Origin: Lama guanicoe
Taxonomy: Eukaryota
Assembly: GCA_013239625.1 (NCBI GenBank)
Contig: MU053482.1
Coordinates: 4,725,775 to 4,789,774, forward strand
Length of the DNA stretch: 64,000 nt
Direction: 5' to 3'
Shown here: one piece after another, positions 49,771 to 62,650 of the stretch
Layout of the letters: every line of letters starts with the position of its first letter
Position numbering within the stretch: the first letter of the stretch is position 1
The notes under the pieces: generated by a model
What the model was told of the DNA's origin: nothing
Seen by the model: the letters and a program-made list of their open reading frames with translations, nothing else
Database searches by the model: none
Made by a program: the position numbers and the translations under genes

Positions 49771-51394
49771 TTTTTTCCATTTTTAAGGAGTGACCCATTT
49801 TCAGAATGAATGACACTGGCATGGAATCCTCTGGATGACTTCCTGGAAATTTTCTTGGTGGATCCCTGAGCTTTCATTTCTCTGCAGAAGGCAGGCAGTT
49901 CTCCATTTTCTGCCAAGTTGAGCTCTCCCCCTGCACCTCTTCCTGCTGCATCCTCCCCAGCCTCTGAACACCACCTCCTTCTCTGTCCCTCTGTCCCCTA
50001 ACTTCTCCCCTACCATTGATGAACAGGATGCTGTGGGCGCCTGGAGAGAGCTCTTGGCTGTTCGTGGCTGCTCCCTGGGGTGTTTTTGCTATAATCTCTT
50101 CAGAAGCTCTAGCAGATGTCTGTTTATTGCTGAAACTTCATCTTAATCTTCAGTGTGAGAGAAGAGAGAGGCTATTTTTAAAGATCTTTAATTGGCAGGG
50201 CGGCACTCCACAGCCTAGATTGCCTCCAAGTTTCATTCTTCATTGCGCTCACTCTCTACCCATTTTGAAACCCTTCAGATCCAGGCTGAGAGACCTTATA
50301 TGTCCTGATTTTAGGACAGCACTTAAATTTGGCAGGCAGTTGTAATCTGTGAAAAAGGTAGGTCAGGGAAGCGAAGGCAGTCAGCTGACTGTATTTCCCA
50401 GGCTGGCACAAATGGAGTGAGAGTAGCATTTCTGTGTCCATAGGAACCAACATCTCCCCCTACTTCTGCCCTTCCCATCCAGCTGCACTGGGAGAGGCCG
50501 GTCCCCTGCATGCTTCCTGCTGATTGGCTGGGAGATCTTTGGAATTAACCCTTGGCTTTAACCTTTGGCTCAGGTGGGGCTCAAGGTGAGGAGGGAGTGG
50601 AAGCAGGGTAGTTTCAAACAATACTGATCTCCTGAGAGGGGGGGAAAGTGGAGGCCCTGGGTCACAGAGCTTGGGATGTCAGATTGGAAGGCTCCTCTGG
50701 GATCATCTAGTTCTTACTCTTGCCACCTTGTTTAAACTGAGGCTCAGTAGCTTCTTGATACTGAACAGAGGCCAGGGAGGTGTGATTCCTGACCCAGTAT
50801 TGCCTAGCCAGGTCAGAGTCAAGTCTGTTCTCCCTCCACCATTTCTGCCAGGCTGTGAGCCAGTGAGGAGTCTTGGGCAGCCTTACTTGCAGGTGGCCTT
50901 CCCTTCTGAAGCACGGAGCCACACCTCCCTTTTTAGCAGCTCTCCCTTGCTTTGAATTTAAGAATGTATACTCTTGTAGCGTGGGCTAGCACAATGGCTT
51001 GGGGTGCAAGAGCTTTCCTGATCAAAAATACCTCCTCCAGAGCCCTGGGGCCTAAAATTCCCACCTTTATTTTCAGCCCTTGTCTCCAGAGGGCCTTTGT
51101 TAACAATGTAGACTTTAACCAGGAAGGACACCATGTGGATTAGTTTGTCTCCAGTTAGCTGTCAGCTGAGAGCTGAACCTTGAGAGAATGGGGGATGAGT
51201 CAGCTGGAAATAGGTGGAGGAGGGAACCAGAAAGGACTGTAAATAGGGTGCTGTCAGGGCCGGCTTGGTGCGCCATGACCTAGGCTCCTTAGCTCACAAG
51301 GCACAGCGGCCATGCCAGGGGTACGGTGCTGAATGACAGGAGCAGAGCCTTCATCGCCTTCATCTGATGCGTGGAGGGAGGTGCCTTAGACAAG

Positions 51395-51440
51395 CTCATT
51401 GATGCCCAAACTCACTGATGCCCATTCATTGATGCCCATT
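51395..51440. repeat. Short tandem triplication (~15-16 bp)
   Basis: ctcattgatgcccaaa / ctcactgatgcccat / tcattgatgcccatt. Confidence 0.8.
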
Positions 51441-51444
51441 GTGG

Positions 51445-51830
51445 ATAAGAGTTTGGAATGTGCTTTAGACAGTCGCAAAGTGTGAGGGAATCAAGGGAGA
51501 CTTCCTGGAGGAGGTGGCACTTAGTCATTGAGAAGGTAGAAGGATTTCCATAGGCAGAGACAGGTAGAGTTTCCACATATTTTCCACAAAGATATATAGA
51601 AAAATGAGGGTACGTTTGGGGTGTCACGTGGTAGAAACATAGGGACTGCCTAGGGAAACTGGTAGCCGAGGCTGGAATCAGGCCAGCCCTGAGTACTGTG
51701 TGCTGGGGGTGGACCAGGGGGTATGGCCCTATCCCCACAGGCAGTGGGAAGCCATTGGAGAGGGGTGCTCAGAACTCTCCTTCTGGCAGATCCGCTGTGC
51801 TGGATAACCTTGTGGGGGATCTGTTAGGAG
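51445..51830 (-). mobile_element. L2 fragment
   Basis: gggaatcaagggagacttcctggaggaggtggc...gaaggtagaaggattt...ggcagtgggaagccattggagagg. Confidence 0.65.
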
Positions 51831-53681
51831 GCCTGTACTGCCCTCCATGCATTAGGCGGGTACACTGACCAGACAGTAGCTATTTGTCTGGACCAAAGAG
51901 TGCTGTGGCTGGTAGGAATAGGGGAGGGGTTGTGGGGGGCAGTTAAGGCCAGGCCCAAATGAGACCTGTCTGTTTTTGCCCCACCACCTTCCATGTGAAG
52001 GGAGTCAGTGTGGGCAGCCCCTGTCTTTCAGTTTATTGGGAGAGCCACCCATTTTGGAACCCCTCAGTTAGGGTCTTAGAATATGGGACATTTGTCACTT
52101 CCTCTGGCACCAAGTGTGCCTGTCTTGTGCTTTGGCTCTGTTCTCTGAAGAAAACGGTAACTTCCCCCACTTTTTACCAGCTCACTATAGGCAGGCCATT
52201 CCCCTCCCTCAAGGTCAATCTGAGGGCAGTGAATGGGAGAGTCATGGGTGCGGGGCCCTTGGGGTTGGGTACCCATGGACCAGGAGCAGGGGTTACCTGC
52301 CTGCACGTGGAGGAGGCAGCAAAGCTGGGGTGGGTCAGGGACTCCAGTGACTCCTCCTTCATTAACATCGGTTTTGCAGGCATCACCTGTTCACAGAGTG
52401 TTGTGGGCCCTCATTGGGAATGACTGATTCTCCCCCTTTTGTGGTCTCATAAGCACCTGAGTATCCCCTTCAGGTGGGTGCTATCCTGGGTTTCTGGCAT
52501 CCACTTTGCATCAACCTTGCTGGTGGAGGAGGAAGCCTGGGTGTGCTTGCTGGCCTGGGCTGGACTTGATGTCTCCTGGCAGTGGGAACGCATGGAGAGG
52601 GTGGGGCGGTGCTGGCTGACTCCCCAGCCTTTCCTCGGCCCTCCGGACATCCTGGTTCTGGGAGGGGATGAAAGCTGAACTCAGCTTCTGCCTGCTCCAG
52701 TGTTAACCTGGCAGGTGGGAGGCACGGCTGCCTGGTGTGCTTACGGCTTTGACATTTGAGCAGAGCCATAGGCACCTGTTCTCTGCCATAGATGTCTCAG
52801 AAACATCCGTGCTTTATGTGATGGGATAAACTGCTTCTGCAAGGAGCAAATGGCATAGGTTTAGTGCATGTGTGAGCTATTGATGGGGGGGCGGGGGTGG
52901 GACACCGAAGCAGTGTTCGTCTTTATTATTCTCCTAGCATCCGTGCTACCAATATCAGTCTGAGTTGGTCCACTGATTGATGGCTCAGTTGAGCGCTCCT
53001 TCCTTCATTCTGCCAACGAGACTTCTGGAGGTCCCTCTATTTGAAGTGTGTCATCACCGACTGGCCACGGTTTTCAGAGTGATTGTAACACCTTGGGTGA
53101 GCCTCTGACTTTCTCTGAGACTCAGGTTTCTCCTCTAAGGTGGGGTGACAGCACTTGTCTTACAGGGCAGCTGTGAGGATTAAACAGGGCAGTGTGCGGA
53201 GCGCTCCTGTCACGTTCCTGGCAGACAGCAGGCATGAAGGTGGCCTCCCCTTCTGTTCCCGTTCCTGCACTGGCCCTCAGGAGTCTGAGAGTACAGCTGC
53301 AGGCCGGGTTCCTCTTTGCCTCAAGCCTCCCATTCGGTTCTGTTCCCCAAATGACTTTTACTCTGAAGCAGTGACTTTTTAAGAGAATAAGTCAATCTGA
53401 GCACAGAGGTGGGTAACAAGAAAGCTGGGCCTCCTTTCTCTTTGTGGGGAGGTTTCCTTAAGCAGGCCTTGGGACTGCAGGGCTGCTCTGTGGGTGCTTG
53501 ATTTCTCCGCTGTGGTCCAGCCTTGGCTTCATATTGGAGGTGGCCCATTCCATCTTTGGATGGCTCCTCCTGTGACCTCCCTGCTGGCCCCCTATAGCTC
53601 CTGGCATTTGGTCCCAGTTCCTCCTCCTTGAAGCCGTAGATAAAGAGAGCCTAGTCTTTCTTCTATGTGACAGCTCTTGTT

Positions 53682-54290
53682 GTTTTTCAAATCAAATCTA
53701 TGATACCATCGATTGTATGATATACCATTATTTTATGAACCTTCAAGAAAGAAAAAGTGCCTCCGATCAAGCCGTGGAACAACGCTTTGTTATTACTTAA
53801 AATGCTTATATTTACTTGAAGAATTCTCTTAGACTCCAGATGTAAGTTTTTCTTCCATATCACTCTTGCATGTACATTAAAAAGTACATAAATTAGTTAC
53901 AGCATTCCTAAAACTTCTTCATTTTAAGAATCCAACTCTTCCAGGTCACTTTTTGACTCAGAGTCATCAGTATGTTTGAGGGTTTTGTGTGTGTGTGTGA
54001 GACATATTAAATTCTGGTAAAGTGGTGATGTATTTCTTAATCTCTATTGTCTTTGGAATTTTTTTTCCAGGACTCACATTTCTTCCTTAAATGGTCCTTA
54101 AATGTCTGGCTCCTGAAATGTTGAGGCTTGCAGTTGTTCAGTTATGTCACCAGGAATAAGAGTTGAATTTCCATATGACAGTGGCAAGGAGGCAATGACA
54201 ACTATGCCGCAGCTGCATTCTGTCCTAGAGAGATGTTAGCTGTTAGGGAATTCTAAGATACTTTCTGCTTTCAGACATTTTAGAACTAAA
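53682..54290. mobile_element. Kanga/MER104-type TcMar-Tc2 DNA transposon remnant
   Basis: aatctatgataccatcgattgtatgatataccattattttatg...aagaaagaaaaa matches the recalled Kanga terminus (aatctaagatgccatcgattgtaagacgcaccattattttatg). Confidence 0.6.
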
Positions 54291-54379
54291 AAAAAAAAAA
54301 AAAGCAAAACATAATATATAAAGACAGCCCTCTTGTCCTTTCCTGAGTCTCCTTCCAGATTAACAGTACATGATGTGGG

Positions 54380-55060
54380 TTCAGGTGTCCTCCTGTAGTT
54401 CGCCTCTGAACAAACTCCAGTTTGTCCATATCCTTCTAATACAGTGAGGCTAGTGCCCAGACCATCTGTGGTATCCACGATGTGGTGTGACTACAGCAGT
54501 GTAAGACGTATTTCACCTCCCTAGTTCAGGTGATTCTACTCCTTTTAATGCAGCCAAAGATTGCATCAGCTTTTCTGGCAGCTACTTTGCACTATTGACT
54601 CACTGACATTACTGCTGACCAGGTCTTTTTCACATGGGGTGTTGCTATTTCTCCCCTGTCCTCAACATGTGTGGCTTTAGAATTGAAATGCAGAGCCTCC
54701 TATTTTGTTCCCATTTGATTCAGAACTAGCATTCCTGTGAAATTTCAATGTGTTAAGTTCTGTGCAACCCTGTTCTGTAGAGCTCTTTCAGGATCCTATT
54801 TAATTAGTGTGCCTTCCACAATTTCACCCAAGTCATGAATAAAATGCTTATCAAGAGAGAGCTCTCTGCTAGAGTCCACCCCTTGTGACATGCTCTTTCA
54901 TCAGTATGCTTTGGGACAGTAGTCCAAGCAGCCCCGTCTAAGTCTCTGCCTTTTTTTTTTTTCCTGACCTCTGACCATCTTAAGTCATGTCAAGTCTGTT
55001 GTGATTCTCCGTCAACCGTCAAGTATCCTATCACAGAAAGATGTGAACATTCCTTGACAT
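54380..55060 (-). mobile_element. L3/CR1-like ancient LINE fragments
   Basis: ttttaatgcagccaaagattgcatcagcttttctggcagc...cacccaagtcatgaataaaatgctta. Confidence 0.55.
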
Positions 55061-55559
55061 CATGAGTTCTCAGTTCCCAGGACTGCTTTCAGGTGTCCCT
55101 GGGCTGCCCCACACAGATGCAGTGGGCAGCTCACTGGTCTCCTCTGCCCGACTTTCCAACTCTTTGGGCCGGCCAGGGGGCTTGAAGTCATTGAAAAGTA
55201 TCCTTTTCTAAAAATCCAAGATTCCCCCTCTCTGTCAGTCTAAGGATAGCTCTCTTTGACAGGGGCCATCATGTGCCCAGAGTGGGAGCCGAGCTTCAAG
55301 TTTCCAGGGTCCCTTTATGCCCCTGGGCCTCTTGGCTGAAGACGACCCCCACCCCTTCCTGCCGTCTGGGCATGTTGTGCAGCCTCAGCTTGTCCTGGGC
55401 TGGCCTCCTCCAGTTGACGCTCTGGGACAGGCCCTGCATGAATGTCTCAGGGTCTCCTTTGGTTACGCATCCTTCTCCCAGTGACGTGACCTGAGCTTTT
55501 TAACAACTGACCTTGTCAAGGTTCACACGGCTTCTCTTCTCTGCCATTCACATAGCAGC

Positions 55560-55790
55560 TGCGGTGAGCACAGCACTGGTGTGAGGGCTCTGTAAATACT
55601 AATTTAGTTCATTCTTCTGCCAGCTCCACGCGGTAGATGCTGTCATTATCCCCACTTACCAATGAGGAAATTAAGGTGCAGAGGGGCTGGTTGACTGACT
55701 TACTCAAGACTTCACAGCTAGGACGGGAAAGGCAGAATTAGAATTAGTCAGTTTGCCCCCAAGTCCAGCTCTGAACCTTTATGGTGAGCT
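55560..55790 (-). mobile_element. MIR SINE
   Basis: ggtagatgctgtcattatccccacttaccaatgaggaaattaaggtgcagag. Confidence 0.75.
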
Positions 55791-56310
55791 GGCTGCTCCC
55801 TGAAAGGCACCCCTCCTTCATTCTGCCTCTCCCTCTGTCCCTCCTCCTCGACACTCCTCTCCATCCTTCCCTCATCCCCAGTTGCACAGCTCGAATTGCA
55901 TTTCAGAGCCTCTGGATCATTTACTTCCAAAATCTCAGGTCCTAGTGGCCTTCTATTCTCTCAGCAATTGAAAGGCTGCTTTAGAGTCTCAGGCACAACT
56001 TCCCTTCTCGGTCTCTCCCAAGTTCCAGAGGAAATGATTGCTTTTCCTCCACAGTTCCTTCCTGTGTCCTCCTGGTCACTCCTCATTCGGCCATTGCTGT
56101 GGGAATTAGGTTACTCCCATTCCTATAGACGTATTCTCTCTCTTCTGGAAGATGAAGTGCTGAGCGAGGCTAGTCAGAGCTTTTAGCCAGTGGGGCTTCA
56201 TTGCTGTCAGGGTGGTTGATCCCCATACCTGCCCCTGACCACCATAGCTCTCCTCTGGCTGGTCTAGATCTGGGTCAACCACAGACCAGTGGTGCCCACA
56301 ATGACCCCAG

Positions 56311-56596
56311 AGCCTTCTCTCCTCACACACGTGCCCTCCAAATATTCCCTCAGCCTTCCCTCCTCACGCACGTGTCCCCCAAATATTCCCTCAGCCTTCC
56401 CTCCTCACACACGTGTCCTCTAGAATATTCCCTCAGCCTTCCCTCCTCACGCATGTGTCCCCCAAATATTCCCTCAGCCTTCCCTCCTCACACACGTGTC
56501 CCCCAAATATTCCCTCAGCCTTCCCTCCTCACACACGTGTCCTCCAAATATATCCCAGCCTTCTCTCCTCACACATGTGTCCTCTGGAATATTTCC
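56311..56596. repeat. 41-bp minisatellite, ~7 copies
   Basis: Consensus aatattccctcagccttccctcctcacacacgtgtccccca; unit starts at 56341, 56382, 56424, 56465, 56506, 56547, 56588. Confidence 0.97.
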
Positions 56597-57679
56597 ATCT
56601 CTTTGTTTCACAGGCATTTTACACAGAGCCACCTCTTTTGTTATGTAGAGAGACTGTTTCCCTGTCCTATTCCAAGTCTTGTCCTTTAAAAGATAAAAAC
56701 TGGGCACAGAGAAATGTGTATAGTCTGCTGTCAGTGATGTACAGAATACATTTGTGTCTTTGTGTGTATATACATAAACATCATCAGGGATGAGACACAA
56801 GTGACAATAACCGTGGTTCCTGGCTTCAGAGCCGGGACCGACTAGGTCGATGGGCCAAGAGTAGGAGGGACACATTTCCTGGAAAGGTCTGTGCTTTTTG
56901 ATTTCTGAACCCAGTGAATGAGTTTCCTATTAAAAAATTTTAAAAGCGTAGATTATCTGGGCATCCTAATTGGTGAATTGTGGAAAGAGGATGACACCTG
57001 GTCGAGTCAGCACGTGGCTGCTCCTGCCAGGTGGCCCAGCTCCTCAGGTGTGAATCGGGCTGGTCCCAGCCCCACTTACCTCGCAGTGGGACGCCAGGAG
57101 ACCATCTGCTGGAGCAAGCCTGGGCCCCGTGCATAGAGGGTCTGCGGTGCACAGGGCTCCCTCCCTCCTCCCTGGCTCTCCTCTCTGAGCCAGAGAAGTA
57201 ATTTGAGATTTGCTGCCTTTTGTTTTAATCTCAATTTGCTTAGCACTGGTGCTCAGCCGGCGCACCTGGCCCTCAAGTGTTGGTTTTCCATGGTTAAAAT
57301 GGAAATCACCTAAAACTTACACCATGTTTTTTTTGTTTGTCTTTGTTTTTGTTTTCCTCTGTTAAACTCCCATATTTGAGGAAATTGAAACACTCTGAAT
57401 GTCCGGGTTTGCCTGGGACAACGATGTCCTTTGCTTTTCCAGATCTGTGGAACTTTACAGATTATTTCTTTTCTAATCATCCTCATCTCCCCAGCACAGG
57501 GAGGCATTAGAGTGGGTCTAATACCCTTTGAAAACACAGGCCCATGACTGGGTTTGCAGATACCCAAGGTCAGAGCAGGCCCTGAAGAAATAAGTCGGGG
57601 CATTGGGAGAAGCCAGTCCAGGCATCTGTAACTGAGGAAGTGACCTGATTGGGAAGGTGACTTGCTTATGTTGGGCAGC

Positions 57680-58110
57680 TAATTAAGAAGCATACAGTGG
57701 ACACCTACTGTGTGTCCCAAGCCCTGTGCCACAGAGATGACAGTATGGTTAAGGCGCAGCTCCTCCCAAAGTATTTGCTGTATTCCTGGGAAAACAAGAC
57801 ACACGTGTTTAAAAAAATTAAGTAACAGGAGACTTTGGTAACAGTTCAACTCGGTCATAGAAGGCAAGTCACAAAGTAGTTCATGACTAATTTCCTTGTG
57901 ACTGGTGGAAACAGCAGTGGGTGTGGGGAGTGTTTTCTAGAGGCTGGAGGGGGCCTGGAAAGCTTCCTGGAGGAGGTGGAGGCAGAGGCGGCTGCATTTG
58001 ATCTGTATCTTGGAGAGTAGGTGAAATGCAGATGGATATGTGGGAGGAAGAAGAGAGCATCTCTAGTGGTGTGAAGGCTGGGCGAAATGGGAAGATGAGG
58101 CTGGGCAGAT
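57680..58110 (-). mobile_element. L2 fragments
   Basis: acacctactgtgtgtcccaagccctgtg...ggaaagcttcctggaggaggtgg. Confidence 0.6.
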
Positions 58111-58156
58111 GAGTTTAGGACAGATGCAGACCACCTTCAGTATGACAGAGGGAGAG

Positions 58157-58157
<1 letters not shown>

Positions 58158-58187
<30 letters not shown>
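58158..58187. repeat. (TG)n microsatellite
   Basis: About 14 perfect TG units. Confidence 0.95.
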
Positions 58188-58191
<4 letters not shown>

Positions 58192-58389
58192 GTTCAGAAC
58201 AGAGATGGGTGGATGAGGGCCCAGGGTCTGATAGGGAACTCTTGTAAAATCCTAGGAAGTATGTGGCCTCCAGGCATTTAATGTAGGCATCTCTAGCCTG
58301 TCCTCCAGAAATGTCCTCAGGAACAGAGGAGGCCAGAAGCATGCTATTGCTCTGTTTGGACACTTTCTTCTTAGGCCTTCTAAATGGGT

Positions 58390-58990
58390 ATTCATTCATT
58401 CATTCAGAAGGTATTCATGAGTTCTTACTCTGTGCCAGCAACTGTTCTAGGTGCTGCGGTCACAGCAGGGAAATGAAAAAATAGGGTAAAATCCCTTACC
58501 ATGCGGAAGGTCTATTCTCTGAGGGGAGAGAGACAATAAACAAGTTAAATGTATGAGGCCAGCTGATGCGAGGTGGGTAAAGAACACTAGAGCAGGAAAG
58601 AAGCCAAGGTGTGCTGGGTGCAGGGGGCGGGAAGCGGTCAGGGGAGGGAAGCGGTTGGGGTAGGACTGTCAGTTTAAATAGAATGATCAGGAAAGGCCTC
58701 ACTTGCTTGCCCTGCACTGGGATTTGTAAGCCAGCAAGTGAGAAGTCTGGGGCCAAAGGGAAGGAGGCCAAGAGAGGTCCTGTGGGGATCTTGAGTCCTT
58801 CGTTGATCTTCTTCAACCCACTGAGATCTTCAGCTCTGGGCAGCAGGGAGCCTTAGAGTGTTCATGAGCAGAGGAATCCATGTATGGGAAGATGTCCCTC
58901 GCGGCTTTGTAGAGGATGGGATATAGGGAGCTGAGGCAGAGAGGCTGGATAGGAGGCTGAGATGCCAGGAGGAGAGGACTGGGGCCTAAA
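58390..58990 (-). mobile_element. L2 3' region
   Basis: ttcattcattcattcag...tactctgtgccagcaactgttctaggtgctgcgg...gagagacaataaacaag...gatcaggaaaggcctcact. Confidence 0.85.
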
Positions 58991-59214
58991 AAAGTCCATT
59001 AGTTTGGCACTCCCTGCCGAGAAACGGTGGGGCAGAGCTAGGGCGCAGGAGCTGTGGGACAGGAGTGAGGGTGAGAGTGGATACTGGCAAAAGGGTGGGG
59101 GGGATGCTGACAGAGCTTAGGTTAGGGGGTTGACAAGCAGTGCCCCAAGTTCTTAGAACTGGGGCTTGGGAATCCATTAAACATTCTTGCTGTGACTTTT
59201 CTTTCATTATTTCA

Positions 59215-59430
59215 GCATAATACCAGTGCTTAGGAGTGCGGGCTCTGGGTTTGAGTCCTGGCTGAGTGATGTTAGGCAGGTTATTTAACCTCTCTGCGCC
59301 TCGAGCTCCATATCTGTAAAATGAGGGCAAATGGTACTTACCTTCTAGGCACATTTTTGAAAGGATGAAATAGATTATTGACTGTAGAATGCTTAGAACA
59401 GTACCTGACATAAAGTAAGCTTGTATATTA
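59215..59430 (+). mobile_element. MIR SINE
   Basis: gggtttgagtcctggc...ggcaggttatttaacctctctgcgcctcg...catatctgtaaaatg...gcttagaacagtacctgacata. Confidence 0.85.
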
Positions 59431-59709
59431 TCGTATATTATCTTGTTTGACCATGTGTTTCTCTGTCCCTATGTGTATGTGTGTGAGTAAAATAAATGTG
59501 TTGGACATATTTTTTCTGTTGTTCTAAAGCTACAACAAATGAAAAAATGATGCTTTTTAGGGTGAAATGAGGTAATGCATGTAATGGATTTAACTTACTG
59601 GGAGGTGAATACTATTTAAAAGTACTATTATTACCACCAAATATTATTGTGAAAAAAATGATTTTCCAATGGAAATCTTTTGTAAAGTTGTCTGATTCAA
59701 CCATAATGT

Positions 59710-59900
59710 ATTGAGCCTATGGTCTTCCAGGTGCTGCGCTAGACATATTATCTCATTTCATCTTTGCAACAACTGCCTGAGATAAGCACTGTTAACTATG
59801 TTTTATTGAGGAAGAAGCCGAGGCTCAGAGAGGCTAAAATTTGCGTGAGGTTATACAGCAGAGTAAGTGGCAGAACTGGAATTTGCAATTTTTTTTTCCG
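59710..59900 (-). mobile_element. MIR SINE
   Basis: gaggaagaagccgaggctcagagaggctaa...gtaagtggcagaactggaattt. Confidence 0.75.
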
Positions 59901-59920
59901 TCTGACATGGACAATCTTTT

Positions 59921-60167
59921 TTTAAAACATTTTTTTATTGAGTTACAGTCATTTTACAATGTTGTCAAATTCCAGTGTAGAGCACAATTTTTCAGTTATA
60001 CATGAACATACAGATATTCATTGTCACATTTTTTTTCACTGTGAGCTAACCACAAGATCTTGTATATATTTCCTTGTGCTGTACAGTATAATCTTGTTTA
60101 TCTATTCTGCATATGCCTGTCAGTATCTACAAATTTTGAACTCCCAATCAATCCCTTCCCACCCCCC
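59921..60167 (-). mobile_element. Relatively young lineage-specific L1 3' end with 13-bp TSD
   Basis: ttttttattgagttacagtcattttacaatgttgtcaaattccagtgtagagcac...atcccttcccacccccc; TSD tggac(a/t)atctttt at 59908-59920 and 60168-60180. Confidence 0.9.
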
Positions 60168-60489
60168 TGGACTATCTTTTACAATAAGAACAAATTACTT
60201 CATGAGTGATCTGTTATGTAAATGTACATTGACATATAGGTTCTTACATCAACCTTCCTCGGTATTTGGTACTCACATGGAGCCTTGGGGAGTGCAGAGG
60301 TGTGGCCAACTTCCAGGACACACCAGGAGCAGTGTGAGTGGGGACCCTGGCCCAGGAGTCAGAGCTGCCCAGGGGCAGGAGAAGCCATGAGTGAGTTGGG
60401 GCCCTCCCTCACTGACTCATCTCTGCAGGCCTTATCAGAGCCTTCAGCCACATAGAGAGTCTGAGACTCGTCTTGGTTGACCATATGCC

Positions 60490-60680
60490 GAAGGAGCAGA
60501 CTCTGATGGGTTCAAATACCAGTTCCACCATTTACCAGCTGTGTGAGGCCATGAGAGGAGTGAATTTCTTTGTGCCTCAGTTTTGTCATCTGTGACCCAT
60601 TCATAGGGTTTTTACAAGAATTATATGAGACGGGCCACGTAGATACTTAGAACAGCCTGGCCCACAGCAAGCACTCACAA
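60490..60680 (+). mobile_element. MIR SINE
   Basis: gggttcaaataccagttccaccatttaccagctgtgtga...gtgcctcagttttgtcatctgt. Confidence 0.8.
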
Positions 60681-62409
60681 AGACTTTGTGAAATAAGTCT
60701 CAATGTTTGAATCCCTGGAGACTTGTGCCTTGTCCTAGAAGGTGTTGGAAAAAGTTTGCCAAATGGAATGGGTTCCTAGTTTATCTTTTCCCTTACAGTT
60801 GTGTGTTCTGACCTGAAGCCCCCACCTCCCAGGACTGGGGAAAATGTCTGCTATTTCTAAGGATACTTTACAGTTTGCTAATCATGTCTGCATTCACATG
60901 TCAGTGTTCACAGTCATCCTGTGTGGTCATTGGTTATTATCTCCATGTAATAGGTCAGGAGATCAAGGGTCCATAGAGTTAAGTAATTTGCCTACAGACT
61001 CGTGGGTAAAAGGTAACGACATAGGCGCCCCTGCCCATCCCAGGCAGCTTCCATCTGGAGGCTCAGAGTGACCAGCCCACAAAGCCCCTTCATCACTTCC
61101 CCTTTGCCCTTCTCCTGAGCAGGGTGGAAGGAGGCCATGTGACCAACAGACCTTTATGCAGTTCTGTTTCATCCTCTCCTTCCTCCAGGTCCTGTTACTT
61201 CCAAAAAAGCATGTGACGGTCAAATGAGCAGAGTTGCTGAGATCTCCTCCACCTCACTTTCCCTTCTTTGCGGGCCCGGGGCCTGGGCTGGGCTTGGTGG
61301 GGAGCTGAGACAGCGGGAGGGCGTTGTAGCTTTCAGCATTTGGAGCAGTACCTGAGCACGGGCGTGCTCAGGGGGTACCTGTTCTGGGAGGAGGAGGAAG
61401 CCGGCATCTGGCATCCCTGACTTCACCTAGGAGGATCAGGCACTAGGGGTGGGGCTCAGAACCGAGTTCGGGGTGCAGGGGACTGCCGGCAGGGGGCCAA
61501 AGCAGAGATTGCAGGGGGTGGAGGTGGCACTTCCTCTCCAAGAGGCAAACAGACAAATGGTCCTTCCAGCTAAGGTGGGACTATACCCAGGGCTCCACAG
61601 TGGACTGCAATCTAGGCATCTCAAGCTCTAGGGTTGCTCCTCAAGTGAGAGAATCGTCCATTTGGTTCAGGTTGTTGAGAAAGCACCTACCATGTCCCAG
61701 GAATATGAAGTCCCCTCTGCCATGAGGAGCTTATGTCCTACAGCCTCCTTTTGACCCGTGCCCTCTTCTCCCTCCTTGGAACCTTGAGTGCCAGGGTGGT
61801 GGTGGTGGTACTTATGTGCACCTGGCAGCGTTCAGATTCCTGGTGTCCTGGAGCTTGGCTGGAGTTTGGGCCTGGCAGGTTGGCACAGCAGCACAGGCGG
61901 GAGTTGGCAAAACCACCTGCTCGTCAGGGTTCCAAGCCTACTTAGGGGAGGTAGGGCCTTTATAGTCGTAATTCTTGATTCCCTCCATGTTGACTGTGTG
62001 ACCAAAAGAGCAGCCGCAGGACCATCCCTGGGGTGTGGGTGAGAAGGATCACAGGTTGAATGGCTCCCAAGATAATGGCCCAGGCGCCCATCCCTTGCTC
62101 AGAGCAGCCCCCCTTTCTGTCTTTCTCTAGCCTGTGTGGTCTCTGCTGCCACTGTGCCTGCCTGCCGGGGTCACCCCTGCCTCCAGCTCTTTGCTGTGGT
62201 TTTTCTAGTTTGCAGTCCCTTCCTTTTCTCCTTGGCCTTCCTCCATCCTCACCCTCCAAGGCAGAGATTGAGCCCTAACTACTTCAGGAAGTCTTCCTAA
62301 ATGCTCTCAGCCAAAACTCCCCCTCTTGTCTCCATATGTCTCCTGGGTGGAGAGCCAGCAGCCTCCAGTTCGGCATTTACATGTTACATAATGTGTTTTG
62401 AGCACCTGT

Positions 62410-62650
62410 CAGACAGCAGAGCAGAGCCTAGGGCTTTGGAGTCTGACTGGCCTGGGTGTGTGCTCTAGCTGATTCTTATGAGCTGTGTGCGTTTGGGTAG
62501 GTGCTTTGATTTCTCTGAGTCTTGGTTTCCTTACCTGAATTTGAGGATGTGGTGCCTACTTTACAGGGAAGTTGTAAGGCCCCGATGAAATAATCTACAC
62601 AAAGCACTTAGCACGCAGTTCCTGGCCCATAGTAAATGACTAACATGTGG
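62410..62650 (+). mobile_element. MIR SINE
   Basis: gggctttggagtctgactggcctgggt...tctctgagtcttggtttccttacctg...aaagcacttagcac. Confidence 0.8.

Noticed and set aside
15760..51204. Isolated AP-1/ARE-type motifs (gctgagtcac 15760-15769, atgagtcagc 51195-51204) and other single CTCF-like matches (~4388, ~7116)
   Set aside because: Single short motifs are expected by chance in 64 kb and have no supporting context.
56311..56596. CRISPR-like array, or a repeat protein from the overlapping 126-162 aa ORFs
   Set aside because: The units are head-to-tail with no unique spacers, there are no cas genes, and the DNA is mammalian. The ORFs only reflect a stop-poor repeat whose period is not a multiple of 3.
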